A stretch of 64,000 bases of DNA from Macrostomum lignano. Its lineage: Eukaryota. Location: NCBI GenBank assembly GCA_002269645.1, contig NIVC01001912.1:124001-188000 (forward strand), in the 5' to 3' direction. Every line of letters starts with the position of its first letter. Positions within the stretch are counted from its first letter, which is position 1. Below, in pieces: positions 48,850 through 61,440 of the stretch. A model generated the notes under the pieces. That model saw only the letters and a program-made list of their open reading frames with translations. It was not told the origin of the DNA and did no database searches. The translations under genes and the position numbers were made by a program.

Positions 48850-51800
48850 AAGACGCTGCCTGAAGGGCTGAAGGATTGGGGTAGACGCCCTGAAGGGCTA
48901 AAGGATTGGGGTAGACGCCCTGAATGGTTGAAGGATTTAGGTAGACACCCCTGAAGGGCTGAAGGATTGAGGTGGACGCCCCTGAAGGGCTGAAAGATTG
49001 GGGTAGACACCCTGACTGGTTGAAGGATTTAGGTAGACACCCCTGAAGGGCTAAAGGATTGGGGTAGACGCCCTGAAGGGCTAAAGGATTGGGGTAGACG
49101 CCCTGAAGGGCTAAAGGATTGGGGAGACGCCCTGAAGGGCTAAAGGATTGGGGTAGACGCCCTGAATGGTTGAAGGATTTAGGTAGACACCCCTGAAGGG
49201 CTGAAGGATTTAGGTAGACGCCCCTGAAGGGCTAAAGGATTTAGGTAGACGCCCCTGAAGGGCTAAAGGATTGGGGTAGACGCCCTGAATGGTTGAAGGA
49301 TTTAGGTAGACACCCCTGAAGGGCTGAAGAATTGAGGTGGACGCCCCTGAAGGGCTGAAGGATTGGGGTAGACACCCTGACTGGTTGAAGGATTTAGGTA
49401 GACACCCCTGAAGGGCTGAAGGATTGGGGTGGACGCCCCTGAAGGGCTGAAGGATTGGGGTGGACGCCCTGAAGGGCTAAAGGATTGGGGAGACGCCCTG
49501 AAGGGCTAAAGGATTGGGGTAGACGCCCTGAAGGGCTAAAGGATTGGGGAGACGCCCTGAATGGTTGAAGGATTTAGGTAGACGCCCCTGAAGGGCTAAA
49601 GGATTGGGGTAGACGCCCTGAATGGTTGAAGGATTTAGGTAGACACCCCTGAAGGGCTGAAGGATTGGGGTGGACGCCCCTGAAGGGCTGAAGGATTGGG
49701 GTAGACACCCTGACTGGTTGAAGGATTTAGGTAGACACCCCTGAAGGGCTGAAGGATTGAGGTGGACGCCCCTGAAGGGCTGAAGGATTGGGGTAGACAC
49801 CCTGACTGGTTGAAGGATTTAGGTAGACACCCCTGAAGGGCTAAAGGATTGGGGTAGACGCCCTGAAGGGCTAAAGGATTGGGGTAGACGCCCTGAATGG
49901 TTGAAGGATTTAGGTAGACACCCCTGAAGGGCTGAAGGATTGAGGTGGACGCCCCTGAAGGGCTGAAGGATTGGGGTAGACACCCTGACTGGTTGAAGGA
50001 TTTAGGTAGACACCCCTGAAGGGCTGAAGGATTGGGGTGGACGCCCCTGAAGGGCTGAAGGATTGGGGTAGACACCCTGACTGGTTGAAGGATTTAGGTA
50101 GACACCCCTGAAGGGCTAAAGGATTGGGGTAGACGCCCTGAAAGGCTAAAGGATTGGGGTAGACGCCCTGAATGGTTGAAGGATTTAGGTAGACACCCCT
50201 GAAGGGCTGAAGGATTGAGGTGGACGCCCCTGAAGGGCTGAAGGATTGGGGTAGACACCCTGACTGGTTGAAGGATTTAGGTAGACACCCCTGAAGGGCT
50301 AAAGGATTGGGGTAGACGCTCTGAAGGGCTAAAGGATTGGGGTAGACGCCCTGAATGGTTGAAGGATTTAGGTAGACACCCCTGAAGGGCTAAAGGATTG
50401 GGGTAGACGCCCTGACTGGTTGAAGGATTTAGGTAGACACCCCTGAAGGGCTGAAGGATTGAGGTGGACGCCCCTGAAGGGCTGAAGGATTGGGGTAGAC
50501 ACCCTGACTGGTTGAAGGATTTAGGTAGACACCCCTGAAGGGCTGAAGGATTGAGGTGGACGCCCCTGAAGGGCTGAAGGATTGGGGTAGACACCCTGAC
50601 TGGTTGAAGGATTTAGGTAGACACCCCTGAAGGGCTGAAGGATTGGGGTGGACGCCCCTGAATGGTTGGAGGATTTAGGTAGACGCCCCTGAAGGGCTAA
50701 AGGATTGGGGTAGACGCCCTGAATGGTTGAAGGATTTAGGTAGACACCCCTGAAGGGCTGAAGGATTGGGGTGGACGCCCCTGAAGGGCTGAAGGATTGG
50801 GGTAGACACCCTGACTGGTTGAAGGATTTAGGTAGACACCCCTGAAGGGCTGAAGGATTGAGGTGGACGCCCCTGAAGGGCTGAAGGATTGGGGTAGACA
50901 CCCTGACTGGTTGAAGGATTTAGGTAGACACCCCTGAAGGGCTAAAGGATTGGGGTAGACGCCCTGAAGGGCTAAAGGATTGGGGTAGACGCCCTGAATG
51001 GTTGAAGGATTTAGGTAGACACCCCTGAAGGGCTGAAGGATTGAGGTGGACGCCCCTGAAGGGCTGAAGGATTGGGGTAGACACCCTGACTGGTTGAAGG
51101 ATTTAGGTAGACACCCCTGAAGGGCTGAAGGATTGGGGTGGACGCCCCTGAAGGGCTGAAGGATTGGGGTAGACACCCTGACTGGTTGAAGGATTTAGGT
51201 AGACACCCCTGAAGGGCTAAAGGATTGGGGTAGACGCCCTGAAAGGCTAAAGGATTGGGGTAGACGCCCTGAATGGTTGAAGGATTTAGGTAGACACCCC
51301 TGAAGGGCTGAAGGATTGAGGTGGACGCCCCTGAAGGGCTGAAGGATTGGGGTAGACACCCTGACTGGTTGAAGGATTTAGGTAGACACCCCTGAAGGGC
51401 TAAAGGATTGGGGTAGACGCCCTGAAGGGCTAAAGGATTGGGGTAGACGCCCTGAATGGTTGAAGGATTTAGGTAGACACCCCTGAAGGGCTAAAGGATT
51501 GGGGTAGACGCCCTGACTGGTTGAAGGATTTAGGTAGACACCCCTGAAGGGCTGAAGGATTGAGGTGGACGCCCTTGATGGGCTGAAGGATTGGGGTAGA
51601 CACCCTGACTGGTTGAAGGATTTAGGTAGACACCCCTGAAGGGCTGAAGGATTGAGGTGGACGCCCCTGAAGGGCTGAAGGATTGGGGTAGACACCCTGA
51701 CTGGTTGAAGGATTTAGGTAGACACCCCTGAAGGGCTGAAGGATTGGGGTGGACGCCCCTGAATGGTTGGAGGATTTAGGTAGACACCCCTGAAGGGCTG

Positions 51801-52810
51801 AAGGATTGAGGTGGACGCCCCTGAAGGGCTGAAGGATTGGGGTAGACACCCTGAATGGTTGAAGGATTTAGGTAGACACCCTGAAGGGCTAAAGGATTGG
51901 GGTAGACGCCCTGAAGGGCTAAAGGATTGGGGAGACGCCCTGAAGGGCTAAAGGATTGGGGAGACGCCCTGAAGGGCTAAAGGATTGGGGTAGACGCCCT
52001 GAAGGGCTAAAGGATTGGGGAGACGCCCTGAAGGGCTAAAGGATTGGGGTAGACGCCCTGAATGGTTGAAGGATTTAGGTAGACACCCCTGAAGGGCTGA
52101 AGGATTGGGGTGGACGCCCCTGAAGGGCTAAAGGATTGGGGTAGACACCCTGAATGGTTGAAGGATTTAGGTAGACACCCCTGAAGGGCTGAAGGATTGA
52201 GGTGGACGCCCCTGAAGGGCTGAAGGATTGGGGTAGACACCCTGAATGGTTGAAGGATTTAGGTAGACACCCCTGAAGGGCTAAAGGATTGGGGTAGACG
52301 CCCTGAAGGGCTAAAGGATTGGGGAGACGCCCTGAAGGGCTAAAGGATTGGGGAGACGCCCTGAAGGGCTAAAGGATTGGGGTAGACGCCCTGAAGGGCT
52401 AAAGGATTGGGGAGACGCCCTGAAGGGCTAAAGGATTGGGGTAGACGCCCTGAATGGTTGAAGGATTTAGGTAGACACCCCTGAAGGGCTGAAGGATTGG
52501 GGTGGACGCCCCTGAAGGGCTAAAGGATTGGGGTAGACGCCCTGAATGGTTGAAGGATTTAGGTAGACACCCCTGAAGGGCTGAAGGATTGAGGTGGACG
52601 CCCCTGAAGGGCTGAAGGATTGGGGTAGACACCCTGACTGGTTGAAGGATTTAGGTAGACACCCCTGAAGGGCTGAAGGATTGGGGTGGACGCCCCTGAA
52701 GGGCTGAAGGATTGGGGTGGACGCCCCTGAAGGGCTGAAGGATTGGGGTAGAAGCTCCCTGAAGGGCTGAAGGATTGGGGTAGAAGCTCCCTGAAGGGCT
52801 GAAGGATAGG
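48850..52810. repeat. 30-31-bp satellite (CGCCCTGAAGGGCTAAAGGATTGGGGTAGA), ~4 kb, with higher-order duplication
   Basis: Tandem variants; identical ORF translations 1101 bp apart (49635/50736). Confidence 0.95.
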
Positions 52811-54044
52811 GATAAAATCCTCGGAATGTCTGAGAGAATGGCGGCAGAAGTCCCTGTAGGAGGAATTAAAGAAAATTAGCGAGATGAAAATGAGAAGTTC
52901 TAAAGGCTCGTCCAAGGTCGCCATCGAATGAGCCAAAAAAGTACAAAGCAAAAATTCATTATATATTTACGCTCATACTCCAGGTAGTAAATCGTAACCA
53001 GAAAAATATATACTGCAAAATAATACTAAAAATCATTTACCTGCGCTCTTGTACTCAAAGCCTGGCCTCGCGGGGTGGGGTTTACTGCGTGGTCGCCAGC
53101 CATTGCGTCATTTTTCTCGCATTGTCTCTTGCAGGCGGTGATCGGATCGAACACAGAGACACACGTTGCGTCAACACACAGATAACTCACCTACCCCGCA
53201 AACAGATAGCTAGCCCAATCTCGCCAGTTGCTCAACAATGCCTATAGGCGGGGTAAAATCGTACATTTATGAGCACACGCATCTTACTCATCTGGTTGAA
53301 ATCAGTTCAGTTCAAAGTGTGGCGTGTTCTATCTGTACCTGCTCGAGACTAATAAGACAGTGCTCATCTGTCTGTCTGGGGCTGCTTTTTGCCCCATCCG
53401 CGATACTCTGGCGCAGCTGACTCAGTTTTCAACGATTTATCCGCACTGACCATCAGCAGCAGAAACAACAGCCAGCCTAGAAAGATCCTTCATAACTAAT
53501 TCCGTCTGCCTCATCCAGGTAAGGTCATCTCTGTCGCCTGTTTCAGCCGGGCAGCGATGGGTAGTCAGAGAGAGAGAGAGAAACTGTCCAGAATCATTCC
53601 AACCGATGATGTCAGTTGCTGACTTGATTACGTAATAGAAGTAAGTTTTCCTACCTCTATCTGTCTCTCATGTGTTTCTGTCTGAAATCGAATGAGGAAG
53701 TGTATAGATGGGTCTGTCCTGTCCGTCCACTCAACTCTTTCTGTTGTCTTTTGCCGGTTTCAAAAAATTCTGTCCCAGGGGTAGGCGGGTCACTGAGGGA
53801 GGGGCTTCGCATCCGTTTGCTGATGTTCAGGTGTGTGCAAAGGTGTGTGCGTGCCCCATTGTGTGTCCGAGTTGACTGCTAGTTGCCAACGCAAAGAATT
53901 ATAGATCCCGGTTGGGGAGGTTGAGGGATGATTCTCATTTATCTAATGCGATTAAACTTGAGCTGTCAAATGAGTCGAATTTAACTGCTGATTTGCGAAG
54001 CTAATAAAGACTCTGCTTTCAGATAGATGTACGGTAATTTTCTG

Positions 54045-54838
54045 ACAGACTTGCAGACATATAGATACAGACATTTTTACAAGGACTTACCCTAATGTTC
54101 GGACACAGATATTTACACTACAGATACCTTAGGAAATTTAAGAATACTTACAGGCTTTCAACTTGCAGACCCTTACAGACACTTACAGACACTTATAGAC
54201 GCTGTAGACATATGCTTACAGACGTGTACAGATGCTTACAGACACTTACGGACATTTATAGAAACTTACAGACACTTATAAACACTTGAAGATGCTTACA
54301 GGCGTGTACAGACGCTTACAAGCGTTTACAGACACTTACAGACACTTACGGATACTTATAGACACTTACAGACACTTACAGACACTTACAGACGCTTACA
54401 GACACTTACAGACACTTACAGATGCTTACAGACGCTTGCGGTAACTTACAGATACTTAAAATTAACTTACAGACACTAACAGACACTTACAGATACTTAC
54501 AGACACTTACAGACACTTATAGACACTTACAGACATTTACAGAGACTTACAGACACTTACAGACACTTACAGATACTTACAGATACTTACAGGCACTTAC
54601 AGACGCTTACAGACACTTACCGACACTTACAGACACTAACATACACTTGCAGACACTTATAGACACTTACAGACATTTACAGAGACTTACAGACACTTAC
54701 AGACACTTACAGATACTTATAGATACTCACAGACACTTACAGACACTTACAGACACTTACAGACACATACAGACGCTTACAGACACTTACAGACACTTAC
54801 AGACACTTATAGACACAGACACTTACAGACACTTAAAA
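54045..54838. repeat. 10-bp minisatellite (GACACTTACA)
   Basis: Tandem units with degenerate 5' edge. Confidence 0.92.
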
Positions 54839-57059
54839 GACGCTGCGTTAAGCGATAAGACTGAGATGAGCTTGGACATACGAGTACATATAAATTCCAT
54901 AAAAATCTTTCCCAATCAAAATGGTAACATTAGGAAACTCACTATGCACCTACTTGGCTTTAATTGATTTATTAAACTAGAATTCTCCCGAAATTGACCT
55001 CCTTAGTAGAAATATAAATCCTTACAAGATCATACGCAACCCTCTGCCTTAATTCCCTTTTTAGTTCCATAGAGCTTATCGCTGACCGAATCCGCGATGC
55101 GCAGACAATGAAATTTTGCATTCAATTAGATAGATAATTAAAATGCGCTCAATGTTGCCACCTTGTGAGGAGAAGGCCCGCATAGACACGGTGCAGTGTG
55201 AATCAATACTACACGGATATCACTGCACTCAATTATCACTGTACAAGTCATGCATTGTTACATAAATGCTTATAATTGACTGTAAATATTAAGCACGGAC
55301 ACAATGCGCGGCTCCTCACACACAAGACACAGCGGGAAGTCCCGACTATTATTCAGAGCTGGAAATTGAAACATCAGCACTGCATTAGGAGCGTATATAG
55401 GGGGCCGATTCTCGCCAGTGTTTGCGCTGCTCTTCGCACTGCAATAACGGGTGGTCACTGCCGGGTTCTGCACCGATCAACTCAGCGGGGGTCGGGCGGT
55501 TTATGATTATTCAGTGCTGCTGCTATTCTCTCTTACTTTCTGCAAGATCTCAGACCTGTCATGTACACCGCCACCCCCACCCCGCGCGGCTATTGTTGTG
55601 AGTCTGCGCGGCACTGGCGTCAGTGGCGGTGGCGGCGGCGGGTCAAGATGGCGACATTGGTCTGGCGGCCTGTCAGTCACGGGATCTCCCGAAGCCTACA
55701 GTGTGAGTCCTTCACCAGTGTGAGCTGATGCACCAGCGTGTCTGCGTGCCAATTTTTGATTAGTCTTTGATCAGGTGACCCCGTCGTGACAGACAGGAAG
55801 GTCGGGCAAGCAGCCTATTATGCTAGGTTTCTCTTTTCTATTTAGTAAGTAACTTTCCCTTTAAGCACAATTGCAGCATTCATCTTACTAACTGCCTTTA
55901 CTCAACTGGGAGCTCAGCTTCACAAAAACCTGTTTTTCATCTTTACAACTTTGGAGGGCGATGCCCACTTGATGCCCCTGTCTGATTGCGCAATTCAATT
56001 GGTTGGATAGACCGGTCTGAATTGGATGTCAGTCTCGTCCCATCTACAAACGGTAGGCGGAGATATGAGCAAGATAAATAAAGCAAGACACGGTACAACC
56101 CCTCAACTGAGCTGTTTACAACCAAAATCCGCAATTTCACGGATGAGGCATTGTCGTGTCATTTGAGTCTGTTCGACTTCTGACCTTCGAATAGCTCTAA
56201 ATAGCTCCTGCTCTCGAACAAACGCACACCCTAGGGGGTTATACGTGGGCGCGAATATAGACCTCCTGAAGATGAGACAGCTTGAACTCCGAACCGAACC
56301 GTTCTCAATCGAGACCAGTTTCCCTACCTCACCCACACTGTATCTGTTTCTCACCCAGTCTCAAAGGTGTCGCTCCAGAGAAGTAACTCAGCAAAAGTGG
56401 CCAGTCCAGTGAAATTGGCAGGTAAAAGTAGAGGAGGGGGAGGGGTAGCGAGAAGCATTGAAAAAACCCGAGGCTGAGAAATGGGGACCAAAGCGGAGCA
56501 GCTCATTAATTATGCAGACAGATTATGGTTGTGCCGGCCGAGTCCCAAATGGCACCAAGCCAACACGATCCACTTCACTTTTCACACCTCATCAGCAGCA
56601 CAAAAATTTTATTTTCCCCGCTGTTTCGAGCTGAGCGAGGCCACCAAGTCCTCCGTGGGCAGCGTGTGCGAGCGTCTGGAAGGTGCTGGAGACAATTAAC
56701 CTGTTTGAATGGCAAGTGTCCGTCCTTGGGCCACTGGGGAGACTCCTGTGTCCGGTGGGAGGGGCCGCTCCCCACTGAAGCATATGGGAAGTTGTCCCTT
56801 TCCTCACCCCCAGCGGCCCTTCTGCGCCAGTTCCCAGCGGATGTTATGGGAGTTTGGGGCTGGGAGACCACTGGGAGAGGAAGTGAAAGATTCTGCATCG
56901 TCTGGGGGATGCATGAGATTCTGCTGTAGGCAAGGACAGGTAGGGCCGTTGCAGAAATTTGGAGTGAATTTCATGTTTGAGGAAACTCGTTCTTGCAAAA
57001 TGTAATATTACTATAGCTCTGATTATGTTCACGGAAGTATTGTTACACTGGATTGATAC

Positions 57060-57495
57060 TTCAGACTGTGATACTGTAGAGAGACATACTGGAGAGTGAG
57101 AAACTGGAGAGTGAGATACTGAAGAATGAGTTACTGTAGAGCGAGATACTTAAGAGTGTGATACTGTAGAGAGACATACTGGAGAGTGAGAAACTGGAGA
57201 GTGAGATTCTGAAGAATGAGTTACTGTAGAGTGAGATACTGTAGTGACATACTGGAGAGTGAGATACTTCAGAGTAAGATACTGTAGATTGAGATGCTGG
57301 AGAGAGAGATGCTGGAGAGAGAGATACTGGAGAGTGAGATACTGTAGCAGTGAGATACTTCAGAGCGAGATACTTCAGAGTGAGATACTTCAGAGTGAGA
57401 TACTTCAGAGTGAGATACTTCAGAATGAGATGCTTCAAAGTGAGATACTTCAGAGTAAGATACTGTAGAGTGACATACTGGATAGTGAGAGACTG
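57060..57495. repeat. ~15-bp degenerate minisatellite (GAGTGAGATACTTCA)
   Basis: Tandem variants. Confidence 0.85.
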
Positions 57496-59540
57496 GTGAA
57501 AAGTGACTGATTTATTATGTTTTTGTGACAGACCGCACAGAGCAAGCATCAGTTATTGATCAGCGCCAGCTTTCACATTACACCCAACCCGCTCTGCGCC
57601 CACCTGCGAACAAAGGTGGCTCGTGCCACAGTCGCAGGTTTCTCAGCCTCTCCGGCTCATCGCATGGGCGGGGCAGGCTGACCCCCCTATTGCGCAACAA
57701 GTTCGCGCGTGCGAGGACCGCAAGGCATTACAGTTTAGCACCCCATTTCCTATGGTTGAGCAATTGTTGAAAAACAACTGGATGGATGTGGCCAAGCTGT
57801 GGCAGAGCAGTCCGAGTCTACTAACTCCCCACCCCCTGAGGCAGCGCTGCTTGCGCATGCAGATAGGATAGACATGAACTGGCTTTTTCCTATGCAGCTC
57901 ATCCTCTGCTTGAGCTTGCGCAATCCAGCTCAACTCTCGGCTTTATTGAATGGAATTCCCTAATTTTGTGTCTCCCTACTTTCGCACCTCTAACAGAGCC
58001 AACAGACAGGCAGAGGGCATATGGCGGGGCTCATCAGCTGGTTTTGAGGAGGTCAGGCAGGACAAGGATGATGTGCGCAGAGCACTGAGATGGCGCCCTG
58101 TCTATTTTACTAATTGGATAGAAGTGTAGACAGAGTTCGAGCGAAACATGCACTGCTGCTTGGCTTTATAGTTTAGGCGCCAGAAACTGCTTGCGAAGCA
58201 TTTCAGTTTTTGAAAGGCTTTGCATGTCAACCATCGGAAGGCAAGAGGCCGAGGTGAAGTCATCTTCTGCCGCGCAAGCAGATTACGGTGATTAGAAATT
58301 GATTGGGTCACTCTCTTTTTTTCAAATCGGTTAGCAACGAGAAGTTTTGTCCGTTGGCATTAAATTAGATAATCTCTTGAGTCAATTTTCTTATTTTATT
58401 AACTAAGTGTATAATAGATCTAATCGCTTGGGGGTATCCGAGGCCCGAGGTATCCAAGGTAAAGGTGAAAAACGTTCGGATTATATTTTTTAGAATGCGC
58501 AAGGTGGAGAGGAAGTGAGGATTTATAATCCCTCTTGAACCTCGGTAGTGGTGAAGCAATGGGCTGCAGGTATTTAACTGCAATCCCCCCGGCTCCGCCC
58601 AATTTTCGGTGGGTTGAAAACTTTTTTTCGGCATTTTTCGGGCTTCTTTTCGGCACACAGAAACTCGGGCCGGTTCGCCTGGCGGTTGGGGGGGGGGGAG
58701 TTTAAAACCGCTCAGCTTCACGCCCCATCAGATAATGGGCCCAAACACCCCCTTACCGGTCTGAAAAAGTTTGTAATTTAGCCAGCCTGTAGACTTCACT
58801 ACGATTCTCATTAACAAGCTCGGGCAGAAAATGCCTGTAAAAAAACTTTATTTTTGTTTTCATTCCGATCTCGAGTTTCATCTCCCAACCTTGCATCGCT
58901 AGAGTTCAAGATTGGGTCACAGTTCATGCTGCACAATGACTCATAAAATATTCATCAATCGTACTATTATAGCGATCACAATGCACTGATGTCCCTCTGC
59001 AGCTCTGGATATTGATAGCCGCTCTTTCATTCATTTGCACTAAAAGCAAGTAGAGGGAAGGATATACAGAGAAAATGCTTTATCCTCTCTGGCACTATCA
59101 TCCTCCCCTGACCGCCCATGCAGCCTCCCGCATAGTACCCCACGCGCTGCATCATTTCTCGGCCAGTTTTTCCTACAGGAATACCAAGCTTGGGGAGGTG
59201 GCGTCGGGAGGTTCCTTTTTGTGCTGCCTCGCTCGCTTGTGGAATCATTTCAGCGCATCCATTTCACTTCCCCTATCTCCGCTTTCTCCATTGCCCACCT
59301 CTCTCTCTCTCTTCCCTGAAGTTCCTTCCAGACACTTTGATGTGAAAGCAACCGCATGGCTGGCAGAGTGAAAAACCGCTTTAATACGCAAATATCTATT
59401 GCAAGCCTTTTTCGTCCCGTCCCAGTTGCGGTGCACAAAACTGTTTTCATTACCACTTGCTCACTGCAGTTTGTCAGCGTATAAACAAAGTATATAGCAT
59501 CCGTGGCATAAAAGTTCAACGTTTCTGACAGAAAGTCTGC

Positions 59541-61120
59541 GTCACTGACAACTGACACTAGTTTAGCATCACTGACACTAGTTTAGCACAACTGACACTG
59601 GTTTAGCATCACTGACACTAGTTTAGCACAACTGACACTGGTTTAGCATCACTGACACTAGTTTAGCATCACTGACACTGGTTTAGCATCACTGACACTA
59701 GTTTAGCACAACTGACACTGGTTTAGCATCACTGACACTAGTTTAGCACAACTGACACTTGTTTAGCATCACTGACACTGGTTTAGCATCACTGACACTG
59801 GTTTAGCATCACTGACACTGGTTTAGCATCACTGACACTGGTTTAGCATCACTGACACTAGTTTAGCATCACTGACACTGGTTTAGCATCACTGACACTA
59901 GTTTAGCACAACTGACACTGGTTTAGCATCACTGACACTAGTTTAGCACAACTGACACTTGTTTAGCATCACTGACACTAGTTTAGCAGCACTGACACTT
60001 GTTTAGCATCACTGACACTGGTTTAGCATCACTGACACTAGTTTAGCATCACTGACACTGGTTTAGCATCACTGACACTGGTTTAGCATCACTGACACTG
60101 GTTTAGCATCACTGACACTGGTTTAGCACAACTGACACTGGCTTAGCATCACTGACACTGGCTTAGCATCACTGACACTGGTTTAGCATCACTGACACTA
60201 GTTTAGCATCACTGACACTAGTTTAGCATCACTGACACTGGTTTAGCATCACTGACACTGGTTTAGCATCCCTGACACTGGTTTAGCATCACTGACACTG
60301 GTTTAGCATCACTGACACTTGTTTAGCATCACTGACACTGGTTTAGCATCACTGACACTGGTTTAGCATCACTGACACTGGTTTAGCATCACTGACACTG
60401 GTTTAGCAGCACTGACACTTGTTTAGCATCACTGACACTAGTTTAGCATCACTGACACTAGTTTAGCATCACTGACACTGGTTTAGCATCCCTGACACTG
60501 GTTTAGCATCACTGACACTAGTTTAGCAGCACTGACACTTGTTTAGTATCACTGACACTGGTTTAGCATCACTGACACTAGTTTAGCATCACTGACACTA
60601 GTTTAGCATCACTGACACTGGTTTAGCATCACTGACACTGGTTTAGCATCCCTGACACTGGTTTAGCATCACTGACACTGGTTTAGCATCACTGACACTG
60701 GTTTAGCAGCACTGACACTTGTTTAGCATCACTGACACTAGTTTAGCATCACTGACACTAGTTTAGCATCACTGACACTGGTTTAGCATCCATGACACTG
60801 GTTTAGCATCACTGACACTGTTTTAGCATCACTGACACTGGTTTAGCAGCACTGACACTTGTTTAGCATCACTGACACTGGTTTAGCATCACTGACACTG
60901 GTTTAGCATCACTGACACTGGTTTAGCATCACTGACACTGGTTTAGCATCACTGACACTGGTTTAGCATCACTGACACTAGTTTAGCAGCACTGACACTA
61001 GTTTAGCAGCACTGACACTTGTTTAGCATCACTGACACTGGTTTAGCATCACTGACACTAGTTTAGCATCACTGACACTGGTTAAGCATCACTGACACTA
61101 GTTTAGAATCACTGACACAA
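59541..61120. repeat. 20-bp minisatellite (ACTGACACTGGTTTAGCATC)
   Basis: About 78 homogeneous units. Confidence 0.96.
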
Positions 61121-61139
61121 AACTTAGTATCTTTGACAC

Positions 61140-61440
61140 AGAAAATCAAGCTTTCCTGACTCAACTTCAAGCATTCCTGATACAACTTCAAGCATTCCTG
61201 ACACAATTATAAGCAATCCTGACACAATTATAAGCAATCCTGACACAACTTCAAGCCTTCCTGACACAATTATAAGCAATCCTGACACAATTATAAGCAA
61301 TCCTGACACAATTATAAGCAATCCTGACACAAAGTCAAGCAATCCTGACACAACTTCAAGCCTTCCTGACACAAATTCAAGCAATCCTGACACAAAGTCA
61401 AGCAATCCTGACACAAATTCAAGCATTCCTGACTCAAAGT
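61140..61440. repeat. 21-bp minisatellite (CCTGACACAATTATAAGCAAT)
   Basis: Tandem units abutting the 20-bp array. Confidence 0.9.

Noticed and set aside
48850-52810. Telomeric or interstitial telomeric repeat
   Set aside because: TTAGG/TTGGGG occur only as parts of a 30-31-bp unit, not as tandem telomere repeats.
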